From Nemertoderma westbladi (Eukaryota; Animalia; Xenacoelomorpha): a stretch of DNA of 50,737 bases. The stretch is taken from the NCBI GenBank assembly GCA_032718475.1, contig JAUCBJ010005844.1, positions 1 to 50,737 on the forward strand, read 5' to 3'. Shown piece by piece: positions 38,401 through 50,737 of this stretch. A program made the translations under genes and the position numbers. The notes beneath the pieces were generated by a model. It was not told where the DNA came from and made no database searches. It worked only from the letters and a program-made list of their open reading frames with translations. The first letter of the stretch is position 1. Each line of letters starts with the position of its first letter.

Positions 38401-41400
38401 ATTCTTTACTAGAGCCACAAGGTATGTTTGGTTATTCTTTACTAGAGCCACAAGGTATGTTTGGTTATTCTTTACTAGAGCCACAAGGTATGTTTGGTTA
38501 TTCTTTACTAGAGCCACAAGGTATGTTTGGTTATTCTTTACTAGAGCCACAAGGTATGTTTGGTTATTCTTTACTAGAGCCACAAGGTATGTTTGGTTAT
38601 TCTTTACTAGAGCCACAAGGTATGTTCGGTTATTCTTTACGTGTAGAGCCACAAGGTATGTTTAGTTATTCTTTACGTGTAGAGCCACAAGGTATGTTTG
38701 GTTATTCTTTACGTGTAGAGCCACAAGGTATGTTTGGTTATTCTTTACTAGAGCCACAAGGTATGTTTGGTTATTCTTTACTAGAGCCACAAGGTATGTT
38801 AGGTTATTCTTTACGTGTAGAGCCACAAGGTATGTTTGGTTATTCTTTACGTGTAGAGCCACAAGGTATGTTTGGTTATTCTTTACGTGTAGAGCCACAA
38901 GGTATGTTTGGTTATTCTTTACTAGAGCCACAAGGTATGTTTGGTTATTCTTTACTAGAGCCACAAGGTATGTTTGGTTATTCTTTACTAGAGCCACAAG
39001 GTATGTTTGGTTATTCTTTACTAGAGCCACAAGGTATGTTTGGTTATTCTTTACTAGAGCCACAAGGTATGTTTGGTTATTCTTTACTAGAGCCACAAGG
39101 TATGTTTGGTTATTCTTTACTAGAGCCACAAGGTATGTTCGGTTATTCTTTACGTGTAGAGCCACAAGGTATGTTTGGTTATTCTTTACTAGAGCCACAA
39201 GGTATGTTTGGTTATTCTTTACGTGTAGAGCCACAAGGTATGTTTGGATATTCTTTACTAGAGCCACAAGGTATGTTTTGTTATTCTTTACGTGTAGAGC
39301 CACAAGGTATGTTTAGTTATTCTTTACGTGTAGAGCCACAAGGTATGTTTGGTTATTCTTTACGTGTAGAGCCACAAGGTATGTTTGGTTATTCTTTACT
39401 AGAGCCACAAGGTATGTTTGGTTATTCTTTACTAGAGCCACAAGGTATGTTTGGTTATTCTTTACTAGAGCCACAAGGTATGTTTGGTTATTCTTTACTA
39501 GAGCCACAAGGTATGTTTGGTTATTCTTTACTAGAGCCACAAGGTATGTTTGGTTATTCTTTACTAGAGCCACAAGGTATGTTTGGTTATTCTTTACTAG
39601 AGCCACAAGGTATGTTTGGTTATTCTTTACTAGAGCCACAAGGTATGTTTGGTTATTCTTTACGTGTAGAGCCACAAGGTATGTTTGGTTATTCTTTACG
39701 TGTAGAGCCACAAGGTATGTTTGGTTATTCTTTACGTGTAGAGCCACAAGGTATGTTTGGTTATTCTTTACTAGAGCCACAAGGTATGTTTGGTTATTCT
39801 TTACTAGAGCCACAAGGTATGTTTGGTTATTCTTTACTAGAGCCACAAGGTATGTTTGGTTATTCTTTACTAGAGCCACAAGGTATGTTTGGTTATTCTT
39901 TACTAGAGCCACAAGGTATGTTTGGTTATTCTTTACTAGAGCCACAAGGTATGTTTGGTTATTCTTTACTAGAGCCACAAGGTATGTTCGGTTATTCTTT
40001 ACGTGGAGAGCCACAAGGTATGTTTGGTTATTCTTTACTAGAGCCACAAGGTATGTTTGGTTATTCTTTACGTGTAGAGCCACAAGGTATGTTTGGATAT
40101 TCTTTACTAGAGCCACAAGGTATGTTTGGTTATTCTTTACGTGTAGAGCCACAAGGTATGTTTGGATATTCTTTACTAGAGCCACAAGGTATGTTTGGTT
40201 ATTCTTTACGTGTAGAGCCACAAGGTATGTTTGGTTATTCTTTACTAGAGCCACAAGGTATGTTAGGTTATTCTTTACGTGTAGAGCCACAAGGTATGTT
40301 TGGTTATTCTTTACTAGAGCCACAAGGTATGTTAGGTTATTCTTTACGTGTAGAGCCACAAGGTATGTTTGGTTATTCTTTACTAGAGCCACAAGGTATG
40401 TTCGGTTATTCTTTACGTGTAGAGCCACAAGGTATGTTTGGTTATTCTTTACTAGAGCCACAAGGTATGTTTGGTTATTCTTTACTAGAGCCACAAGGTA
40501 TGTTAGGTTATTCTTTACGTGTAGAGCCACAAGGTATGTTTGGTTATTCTTTACTAGAGCCACAAGGTATGTTCGGTTATTCTTTACGTGTAGAGCCACA
40601 AGGTATGTTTGGATATTCTTTACTAGAGCCACAATGTATGTTTGGTTATTCTTTACGTGTAGAGCCACAAGGTATGTTTGGTTATTCTTTACTAGAGCCA
40701 CAAGGTATGTTAGGTTATTCTTTACGTGTAGAGCCACAAGGTATGTTTGGTTATTCTTTACTAGAGCCACAAGGTATGTTTGGATATTCTTTACTAGAGC
40801 CACAAGGTATGTTTGGTTATTCTTTACTAGAGCCACAAGGTATGTTTGGTTATTCTTTACTAGAGCCACAAGGTATGTTAGGTTATTCTTTACGTGTAGA
40901 GCCACAAGGTATGTTTGGTTATTCTTTACGTGTAGAGCCACAAGGTATGTTTGGTTATTCTTTACGTGTAGAGCCACAAGGTATGTTTGGTTATTCTTTA
41001 CGTGTAGAGCCACAAGGTATGTTTGGTTATTCTTTACTAGAGCCACAAGGTATGTTTGGTTATTCTTTACTAGAGCCACAAGGTATGTTTGGTTATTCTT
41101 TACTAGAGCCACAAGGTATGTTTGGTTATTCTTTACTAGAGCCACAAGGTATGTTCGGTTATTCTTTACGTGGAGAGCCACAAGGTATGTTTGGTTATTC
41201 TTTACTAGAGCCACAAGGTATGTTTGGTTATTCTTTACGTGTAGAGCCACAAGGTATGTTTGGATATTCTTTACTAGAGCCACAAGGTATGTTTGGTTAT
41301 TCTTTACGTGTAGAGCCACAAGGTATGTTTGGATATTCTTTACTAGAGCCACAAGGTATGTTTGGTTATTCTTTACGTGTAGAGCCACAAGGTATGTTTG

Positions 41401-44400
41401 GTTATTCTTTACTAGAGCCACAAGGTATGTTAGGTTATTCTTTACGTGTAGAGCCACAAGGTATGTTTGGTTATTCTTTACTAGAGCCACAAGGTATGTT
41501 AGGTTATTCTTTACGTGTAGAGCCACAAGGTATGTTTGGTTATTCTTTACTAGAGCCACAAGGTATGTTCGGTTATTCTTTACGTGTAGAGCCACAAGGT
41601 ATGTTTGGTTATTCTTTACTAGAGCCACAAGGTATGTTTGGTTATTCTTTACTAGAGCCACAAGGTATGTTAGGTTATTCTTTACGTGTAGAGCCACAAG
41701 GTATGTTTGGTTATTCTTTACTAGAGCCACAAGGTATGTTCGGTTATTCTTTACGTGTAGAGCCACAAGGTATGTTTGGATATTCTTTACTAGAGCCACA
41801 ATGTATGTTTGGTTATTCTTTACGTGTAGAGCCACAAGGTATGTTTGGTTATTCTTTACTAGAGCCACAAGGTATGTTAGGTTATTCTTTACGTGTAGAG
41901 CCACAAGGTATGTTTGGTTATTCTTTACTAGAGCCACAAGGTATGTTTGGATATTCTTTACTAGAGCCACAAGGTATGTTTGGTTATTCTTTACTAGAGC
42001 CACAAGGTATGTTTGGTTATTCTTTACTAGAGCCACAAGGTATGTTAGGTTATTCTTTACGTGTAGAGCCACAAGGTATGTTTGGTTATTCTTTACGTGT
42101 AGAGCCACAAGGTATGTTTGGTTATTCTTTACGTGTAGAGCCACAAGGTATGTTTGGTTATTCTTTACGTGTAGAGCCACAAGGTATGTTTGGTTATTCT
42201 TTACTAGAGCCACAAGGTATGTTTGGTTATTCTTTACTAGAGCCACAAGGTATGTTTGGTTATTCTTTACTAGAGCCACAAGGTATGTTTGGTTATTCTT
42301 TACTAGAGCCACAAGGTATGTTTGGTTATTCTTTACTAGAGCCACAAGGTATGTTTGGTTATTCTTTACTAGAGCCACAAGGTATGTTTGGTTATTCTTT
42401 ACTAGAGCCACAAGGTATGTTCGGTTATTCTTTACGTGTAGAGCCACAAGGTATGTTTGGTTATTCTTTACTAGAGCCACAAGGTATGTTTGGTTATTCT
42501 TTACGTGTAGAGCCACAAGGTATGTTTGGATATTCTTTACTAGAGCCACAATGTATGTTTGGTTATTCTTTACGTGTAGAGCCACAAGGTATGTTTGGTT
42601 ATTCTTTACTAGAGCCACAAGGTATGTTAGGTTATTCTTTACGTGTAGAGCCACAAGGTATGTTTGGTTATTCTTTACTAGAGCCACAAGGTATGTTAGG
42701 TTATTCTTTACGTGTAGAGCCACAAGGTATGTTTGGTTATTCTTTACTAGAGCCACAAGGTATGTTCGGTTATTCTTTACGTGTAGAGCCACAAGGTATG
42801 TTTGGTTATTCTTTACTAGAGCCACAAGGTATGTTTGGTTATTCTTTACTAGAGCCACAAGGTATGTTAGGTTATTCTTTACGTGTAGAGCCACAAGGTA
42901 TGTTTGGTTATTCTTTACTAGAGCCACAAGGTATGTTCGGTTATTCTTTACGTGTAGAGCCACAAGGTATGTTTGGTTATTCTTTACGTGTAGAGCCACA
43001 AGGTATGTTTGGTTATTCTTTACTAGAGCCACAAGGTATCTTCGGTTATTCTTTACGTGTAGATCCACAAGGTATGTTTGGTTATTCTTTACTAGAGCCA
43101 CAAGGTATGTTTGGTTATTCTTTACTAGAGCCACAAGGTATGTTTGGATATTCTTTACGTGTAGAGCCACAATGTATGTTTGGTTATTCTTTACGTGTAG
43201 AGCCACAAGGTATGTTTGGTTATTCTTTACTAGAGTCACAAGGTATGTTTGGATATTCTTTACTAGAGCCACAAGGTATGTTTGGTTATTCTTTACTAGA
43301 GCCACAAGGTATGTTTGGATATTCTTTACTAGAGCCACAAGGTATGTTTGGTTATTCTTTACGTGTAGAGCCACAAGGTATGTTCGGTTATTCTTTACGT
43401 GTAGAGCCACAAGGTATGTTTGGTTATTCTTTACTAGAGCCACAAGGTATGTTTGGTTATTCTTTACGTGTAGAGCCACAAGGTATGTTTGGTTATTCTT
43501 TACTAGAGCCACAAGGTATGTTTGGTTATTCTTTACTAGAGCCACAAGGTATGTTCGGTTATTCTTTACGTGTAGAGCCACAAGGTATGTTTGGTTATTC
43601 TTTACGTGTAGAGCCACAAGGTATGTTTGGTTATTCTTTACTAGAGCCACAAGGTATGTTTGGTTATTCTTTACTAGAGCCACAAGGTATGTTCGGTTAT
43701 TCTTTACGTGTAGAGCCACAAGGTATGTTTGGTTATTCTTTACGTGTAGAGCCACAAGGTATGTTTGGTTATTCTTTACTAGAGCCACAAGGTATGTTCG
43801 GTTATTCTTTACGTGTAGAGCCACAAGGTATGTTTGGTTATTCTTTACTAGAGCCACAAGGTATGTTTGGTTATTCTTTACTAGAGCCACAAGGTATGTT
43901 TGGATATTCTTTACGTGTAGAGCCACAATGTATGTTTGGTTATTCTTTACGTGTAGAGCCACAAGGTATGTTTGGTTATTCTTTACTAGAGTCACAAGGT
44001 ATGTTTGGTTATTCTTTACTAGAGCCACAAGGTATGTTTGGATATTCTTTACTAGAGCCACAAGGTATGTTTGGTTATTCTTTACTAGAGCCACAAGGTA
44101 TGTTTGGTTATTCTTTACTAGAGCCACAAGGTATGTTCGGTTATTCTTTACGTGTAGAGCCACAAGGTATGTTTGGTTTTTCTTTACTAGAGCCACAAGG
44201 TATGTTTGGTTATTCTTTACGTGTAGAGCCACAAGGTATGTTTGGTTATTCTTTACTAGAGCCACAAGGTATGTTTGGTTATTCTTTACGTGTAGAGCCA
44301 CAAGGTATGTTTGGTTATTCTTTACGTGTAGAGCCACAAGGTATGTTTGGTTATTCTTTACTAGAGCCACAAGGTATGTTAGGTTATTCTTTACGTGTAG

Positions 44401-47400
44401 AGCCACAAGGTATGTTTGGTTATTCTTTACGTGTAGAGCCACAAGGTATGTTTGGTTATTCTTTACTAGAGCCACAAGGTATGTTTGGATTTTCTTTACG
44501 TGTAGAGCCACAATGTATGTTTGGTTATTCTTTACGTGTAGAGCCACAAGGTATGTTTGGTTATTCTTTACTAGAGTCACAAGGTATGTTTGGTTATTCT
44601 TTACTAGAGCCACAAGGTATGTTTGGATATTCTTTACTAGAGCCACAAGGTATGTTTGGTTATTCTTTACTAGAGCCACAAGGTATGTTTGGTTATTCTT
44701 TACTAGAGCCACAAGGTATGTTCGGTTATTCTTTACGTGTAGAGCCACAAGGTATGTTTGGTTATTCTTTACTAGAGCCACAAGGTATGTTTGGTTATTC
44801 TTTACGTGTAGAGCCACAAGGTATGTTTGGTTATTCTTTACTAGAGCCACAAGGTATGTTTGGTTATTCTTTACGTGTAGAGCCACAAGGTATGTTTGGA
44901 TATTCTTTACGTGTAGAGCCACAAGGTATGTTTGGTTATTCTTTACTAGAGCCACAAGGTATGTTTGGATATTCTTTACGTGTAGAGCCACAATGTATGT
45001 TTGGTTATTCTTTACGTGTAGAGCCACAAGGTATGTTTGGTTATTCTTTACTAGAGCCACAAGGTATGTTTGGATATTCTTTACTAGAGCCACAAGGTAT
45101 GTTCGGTTATTCTTTACGTGTAGAGCCACAATGTATGTTTGGTTATTCTTTACGTGTAGAGCCACAAGGTATGTTTGGTTATTCTTTACTAGAGACACAA
45201 GGTATGTTTGGTTATTCTTTACTAGAGACACAAGGTATGTTTGGTTATTCTTTACTAGAGCCACAAGGTATGTTTGGATATTCTTTACTAGAGCCACAAG
45301 GTATGTTTGGATATTCTTTACTAGAGCCACAAGGTATGTTTGGTTATTCTTTACGTGTAGAGCCACAAGGTATGTTTGGTTATTCTTTACTAGAGCCACA
45401 AGGTATGTTCGGTTATTCTTTACGTGTAGAGCCACAAGGTATGTTTGGTTATTCTTTACGTGTAGAGCCACAAGGTATGTTTGGTTATTCTTTACTAGAG
45501 CCACAAGGTATGTTTGGTTATTCTTTACTAGAGCCACAAGGTATGTTCGGTTATTCTTTACGTGTAGAGCCACAAGGTATGTTTGGTTATTCTTTACTAG
45601 AGCCACAAGGTATGTTTGGTTATTCTTTACGTGTAGAGCCACAAGGTATGTTTGGTTATTCTTTACGTGTAGAGCCACAAGGTATGTTTGGTTATTCTTT
45701 ACGTGTAGAGCCACAAGGTATGTTTGGTTATTCTTTACTTGATACCACAAGGTATGTTTGGTTATTCTTTACGTGTAGAGCCACAAGGTATGTTTGGTTA
45801 TTCTTTACTAGAGTCACAAGGTATGTTTGGATATTCTTTACTAGAGCCACAAGGTATGTTTGGTTATTCTTTACGTGTAGAGCCACAAGGTATGTTTGGT
45901 TATTCTTTACTAGAGCCACAAGGTATGTTCGGTTATTCTTTACGTGTAGAGCCACAAGGTATGTTTGGATATTCTTTACTAGAGCCACAATGTATGTTTG
46001 GTTATTCTTTACGTGTAGAGCCACAAGGTATGTTTGGTTATTCTTTACTAGAGCCACAAGGTATGTTCGGTTATTCTTTACGTGTAGAGCCACAAGGTAT
46101 GTTTGGTTATTCTTTACTAGAGTCACAAGGTATGTTTGGTTATTCTTTACGTGTAGAGCCACAAGGTATGTTTGGTTATTCTTTACTAGAGCCACAAGGT
46201 ATGTTTGGTTATTCTTTACTAGAACCACAAGGTATGTTTGGTTATTCTTTACTAGAGCCACAAGGTATGTTTGGTTATTCTTTACGTGTAGAGCCACAAG
46301 GTATGTTTGGTTATTCTTTACGTGTAGAGCCACAAGGTATGTTTGGTTATTCTTTACTAGAGGCACAAGGTATGTTTGGTTATTCTTTACTAGAGCCACA
46401 AGGTATGTTTGGTTATTCTTTACTAGAGCCACAAGGTATGTTTGGTTATTCTTTACGTGTAGAGCCACAAGGTATGTTTGGTTATTCTTTACGTGTAGAG
46501 CCACAAGGTATGTTTGGTTATTCTTTACTAGAGCCACAAGGTATGTTTGGTTATTCTTTACGTGTAGAGCCACAAGGTATGTTTGGTTATTCTTTACGTG
46601 TAGAGCCACAAGGTATGTTTGGTTATTCTTTACTAGAGCCACAAGGTATGTTCGGTTATTCTTTACGTGTAGAGCCACAAGGTATGTTTGGTTATTCTTT
46701 ACGTGTAGAGCCACAAGGTATGTTTGGTTATTCTTTACTAGAGCCACAAGGTATGTTCGGTTATTCTTTACGTGTAGAGCCACAAGGTATGTTTGGTTAT
46801 TCTTTACGTGTAGAGCCACAAGGTATGTTTGGTTATTCTTTACTAGAGCCACAAGGTATGTTCGGTTATTCTTTACGTGTAGAGCCACAAGGTATGTTCG
46901 GTTATTCTTTACGTGTAGAGCCACAAGGTATGTTTGGTTATTCTTTACGTGTAGAGCCACAAGGTATGTTTGGTTATTCTTTACTAGAGCCACAAGGTAT
47001 GTTCGGTTATTCTTTACGTGTAGAGTCACAAGGTATGTTTGGTTATTCTTTACTAGAGCCACAAGGTATGTTCGGGTATTCTTTACTAGAGCCACAAGGT
47101 ATGTTCGGTTATTCTTTACTAGAGCCACAATGTATGTTTGGTTATTCTTTACTAGAGCCACAAGGTATGTTCGGTTATTCTTTACGTGTAGAGCCACAAG
47201 GTATGTTTGGTTATTCTTTACGTGTAGAGCCACAAGGTATGTTTGGTTATTCTTTACTAGAGCCACAAGGTATGTTCGGTTATTCTTTACGTGTAGAGCC
47301 ACAAGGTATGTTCGGTTATTCTTTACGTGTAGAGCCACAAGGTATGTTTGGTTATTCTTTACGTGTAGAGCCACAAGGTATGTTTGGTTATTCTTTACTA

Positions 47401-48459
47401 GAGCCACAAGGTATGTTCGGTTATTCTTTACGTGTAGAGTCACAAGGTTTGTTTGGTTATTCTTTACTAGAGCCACAAGGTATGTTTGGTTATTCTTTAC
47501 TAGAGCCACAAGGTATGTTTGGTTATTCTTTACTAGAGCCACAAGGTATGTTCGGGTATTCTTTACTAGAGCCACAAGGTATGTTCGGTTATTCTTTACT
47601 AGAGCCACAAGGTATGTTTGGTTATTCTTTACGTGTAGAGCCACAAGGTATGTTTGGTTATTCTTTACGTGTAGAGCCACAAGGTATGTTTGGTTATTCT
47701 TTACGTGTAGAGCCACAAGGTATGTTTGGTTATTCTTTACTAGAGCCACAAGGTATGTTCGGTTATTCTTTACGTGTAGAGCCACAAGGTATGTTTGGTT
47801 ATTCTTTACGTGTAGAGCCACAAGGTATGTTTGGTTATTCTTTACTAGAGCCACAAGGTATGTTCGGTTATTCTTTACGTGTAGAGCCACAAGGTATGTT
47901 CGGTTATTCTTTACGTGTAGAGCCACAAGGTATGTTTGGTTATTCTTTACGTGTAGAGCCACAAGGTATGTTTGGTTATTCTTTACTAGAGCCACAAGGT
48001 ATGTTCGGTTATTCTTTACGTGTAGAGTCACAAGGTATGTTTGGTTATTCTTTACTAGAGCCACAAGGTATGTTCGGGTATTCTTTACTAGAGCCACAAG
48101 GTATGTTCGGTTATTCTTTACTAGAGCCACAATGTATGTTTGGTTATTCTTTACTAGAGCCACAAGGTATGTTTGGTTATTCTTTACTAGAGCCACAAGG
48201 TATGTTTGGTTATTCTTTACGTGTAGAGCCACAAGGTATGTTTGGTTATTCTTTACTAGAGCCACAAGGTATGTTCGGTTATTCTTTACGTGTAGAGCCA
48301 CAAGGTTTGTTTGGTTATTCTTTACTAGAGCCACAAGGTATGTTTGGTTATTCTTTACGTGTAGAGCCACAAGGTATGTTTGGTTATTCTTTACTAGAGC
48401 CACAAGGTATGTTCGGTTATTCTTTACGTGTAGAGCCACAAGGTATGTTTGGTTATTCT
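32425..48459. repeat. Satellite B: mixed 36-bp and 33-bp units, ~465 copies, derived from the Maf1 exon end and 5' splice site
   Basis: 36-mer GTTATTCTTTACGTGTAGAGCCACAAGGTATGTTTG; the 33-mer lacks GTG. The first unit overlaps the last 27 nt of the exon. First and last units are 36-mers; the array ends at GTTATTCT|CTGCC. Confidence 0.99.
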
Positions 48460-48483
48460 CTGCCCCAAATGTGTACGTATGTT

Positions 48484-48524
48484 TGTGGGGCGAGCCACGT
48501 AAGTACACGTGAGCCTTGGCGTAT
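48484..48524 (+). mobile_element. Second, degraded copy of the head of the 30410 element
   Basis: TGTGGGGCGAGCCACGtAAGT..GAGCCTTgGCGtATT versus TGTGGGGCGAGCCACGAAGT..GAGCCTTAGCGAATT at 30418; the first 16 bp are identical. Confidence 0.7.
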
Positions 48525-48593
48525 TAGGGTTTTGGTGGGTGGGAGTTGGTATTATTTTGGGGGGGGATTTTAATTTTATGTTGTGTTATGTGC

Positions 48594-50456
48594 GTTTGAT
48601 AGGGGGTTGTATTGGTGGTGTGATATTGGTTATTTATTGTTTTGGGGTGAGTTGAGTGGTATGTAGGTGTATTGTGGTGTTTATTGTTGTATTTGTGGTA
48701 GGGATTGGGTAGATGTATTGGGTGTTTGTTGTTATGGAGGGGGGAGGTTATTATGGTGTTTTGGGTTTGGAGGGGGTTAGGGGTGTGGGGTTGGGGAGTT
48801 TAGGTTTTGGAGGAGTGTTGGAGGGTTTTGGGTGTATTGGGGTGATTTGGTGGGTTGTAATTGTTTGTAGGAGGATGGGTTTGTGTTTGGTGGGTTTGTG
48901 AGTGTTGATTTTGGTAGTAGGGTAGTTGTGGGGGTGGTTGGGGGGGGTTAGGGGTGTGGGTGGGGGGTAAATGTGGTGTTTGGTGGTAAAGGAGGAGGGA
49001 GGGAGGGGGGGGGAGGAGAGGGGTGTTTATGAATTGTGTGGTGGGGGATGTTTGGATTTTGGTGGGGAGAGTGTGAATGGGTGTGTGGGTTGTTGTTTGT
49101 ATATTGGGGGGTTTTGGGGGGTGGGTGAGATGGTGTGTGAGGGGATTATTGGTTGAGAGTGGGGAGGGATTTTGGTGGATAAATAGTGTGTGGGGGGGGG
49201 GAGTGAGGGGAGGTATGGGGGGGTAGGGGGGGGGAGTAGTTGGAGGGTTGGGGTGAGGGTAGGGTTAGTTATATGGGGGATTGGTGGTTAGATTGTTTTT
49301 ATTGTTTAGATTGTTATGGGTTGGGTTGAAAGTTATGGTTATGTATAAAAGGAGTTGAGGAAGGGGTATGGTATGTAGGGTGGGGTGAGTAGTTTGTTGG
49401 TGTGTGGGGTGTTTGAGTAGGATGAGTTTGGGGGATAGGGAGTGGGGAGGGGAGTTAGGGTGGTTTGTAGGGGTTGTTTTGTGGGGGGGAGGAGGGGGGG
49501 GGTGGAGTGTTTGTGTAGTTGGGGGGGGGGGGGGGTATTGTGGGGGGGGATTTTTAGGGATTTGTAGGGTGGTTGGTAGAGAGGGTGTAATAGGAGGTGA
49601 GAGAGATTATTATTATTAGTGTGTGTTTTGTGTTGTGTTATGGGGGGTGATTAGATTGGTAGGTTTGGGGGGGGTATGGGGGGGGGTAAAAAAAAAAAAA
49701 AGAAGAGGGATATTTTTTTTGGAGGGGTGTGGGTGTGGTAAGAAAAAAAAAAAAAAAAAATATTTTTTTGTGGGGTGGGATGGTTGGGTTGTTATGGTTT
49801 TATATTGTTTTGGGTTTATGGGTAGGGTTGTGTGAGGTAGTTTTGAAGTGTATGTAGGGTGTAGGATTTAGTATGGTAGGGTATGGTATGATTGGTGTAT
49901 GGGGGGAAGGGTTGGGGTGTGGTTTGGATTGGGGTGGGTGGGTGGGGTGGGGGGGGGAAGGGTGGAAATAGATGAGATTTGGGGGGGTGGTTTGGATTAG
50001 TTATGGTTTGATGTAAGGGGGTTTAAATAAAAGGATATTTTGGATAGATTGATTTAAAAAAAAAAAAAAAAAGAAGAAAAAGTGGGTATGTAGGGAGGTT
50101 AGAAAAATGTGAGGATTGTAATGGGGGGATATGAGTGTAGATGGTGTGTTTGTTATATGGGGGTTATATGGGGGGTGGGTGGTGGTTTGTTTGTTTGAAG
50201 AGTGAGTTATTGTTGGAGGGATTGAGGAGGTTATAAGTTGTGAGGGGTGGGGGAGATTAGAAAGTTTTTATTAGTATTTATTAGGTATAGTTGGTGTAGT
50301 AGGGGGGATTTTGATAGTTTGGGTAATTTTGGTTTGTTTTTGTGTTGATAGGAGGGTTATGGGGTAGGAAGAGTGATGGGAATTGTTGGTGTGAGGTTTT
50401 GGTAGGATGGTGTGAGGGGGGGTGGTAGTGTGGGAGTAAGGTGTTTGGGGGATTTG
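48594..50456. other. Cytosine-free G/T-rich low-complexity tract, probable low-quality read or assembly artefact
   Basis: No C seen on the + strand between 48593 and 50457; aperiodic, with long G and A homopolymers. Confidence 0.7.
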
Positions 50457-50737
50457 CTGAGATTGTGATGTTAGGTTTTGTTATAGATTGGGTTTGTGTT
50501 TTATGGGTTACGTACTGATGGTTCAGTTTATTTACCATTTGTAAGAGCGTAAATTTGCAGTAGCTAATATGGATTTATTGTTATCATATGTTATCAGTTG
50601 GATTCAGCATTAGACAATTGTTATTGTTATGTTCATTGTGCTCATCAATTGGTCCTTTAAAGGAGCTGTGCGAATTGGTTTAGTTTGTTGAGAGGGGTGG
50701 TGAAACAAAATGTTTGTTGACGAAAATCCCAACCTAA

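Noticed and set aside
1-48459. CRISPR array
   Set aside because: Head-to-tail repeats with no unique spacers, no cas genes, and a eukaryotic context (LINE, spliceosomal exon).
1-48459. A/G and 33/36 unit patterns as an information-bearing binary code
   Set aside because: The patterns are explained by block duplications of two variants; nothing suggests a reader.
32361-48573. Giant ORFs (1780, 3599, 2145 aa etc.) as repetitive protein genes
   Set aside because: Units are 3n and stop-free in several frames on both strands, so long ORFs arise automatically. The ATG at 32361 is out of frame inside the Maf1 exon, and scattered stops occur.
48594-50456. Bisulfite-like or APOBEC-type C-to-T conversion as the sole cause of the C-free tract
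   Set aside because: C-to-T alone would not produce the large G excess and long G runs relative to the AT-rich flanking DNA.
48713-50538. Gly/Val-rich and Pro/Asn/Thr-rich ORFs
   Set aside because: Compositional by-products of the C-free tract.
50728-50737. Terminal CCCAACCTAA as the start of a (TTAGG)n telomere
   Set aside because: A single unit, and the wrong strand for a right-hand chromosome end.

Overview
Eukaryotic window, probably from an invertebrate bilaterian, about 88% tandem repeat. Satellite A (46-bp monomer, ~620 copies, 1-29446, running off the left edge) is interrupted by a young, 5'-truncated L2/CR1-group LINE (13727-14715, minus strand, 15-bp TSD). A ~2.9-kb spacer follows, holding a probable non-autonomous Helentron/pearl-like element, five co-oriented CTCF-like motifs and short repeats. 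At 32332-32451 is a 120-nt coding exon of Maf1, the RNA polymerase III repressor ([39 protein letters not shown]). Satellite B (33/36-bp units, ~465 copies, 32425-48459) is an amplification of this exon's own 3' end plus its splice donor. Nearly every unit carries acceptor-like TAG, 9 nt (AGCCACAAG) and donor GTATGT, all in the Maf1 frame. The giant repetitive ORFs in the track are by-products of this array. The last ~2.2 kb begins with a second copy of the spacer element's head, then runs ~1.86 kb without a cytosine, most likely a sequencing/assembly artefact.
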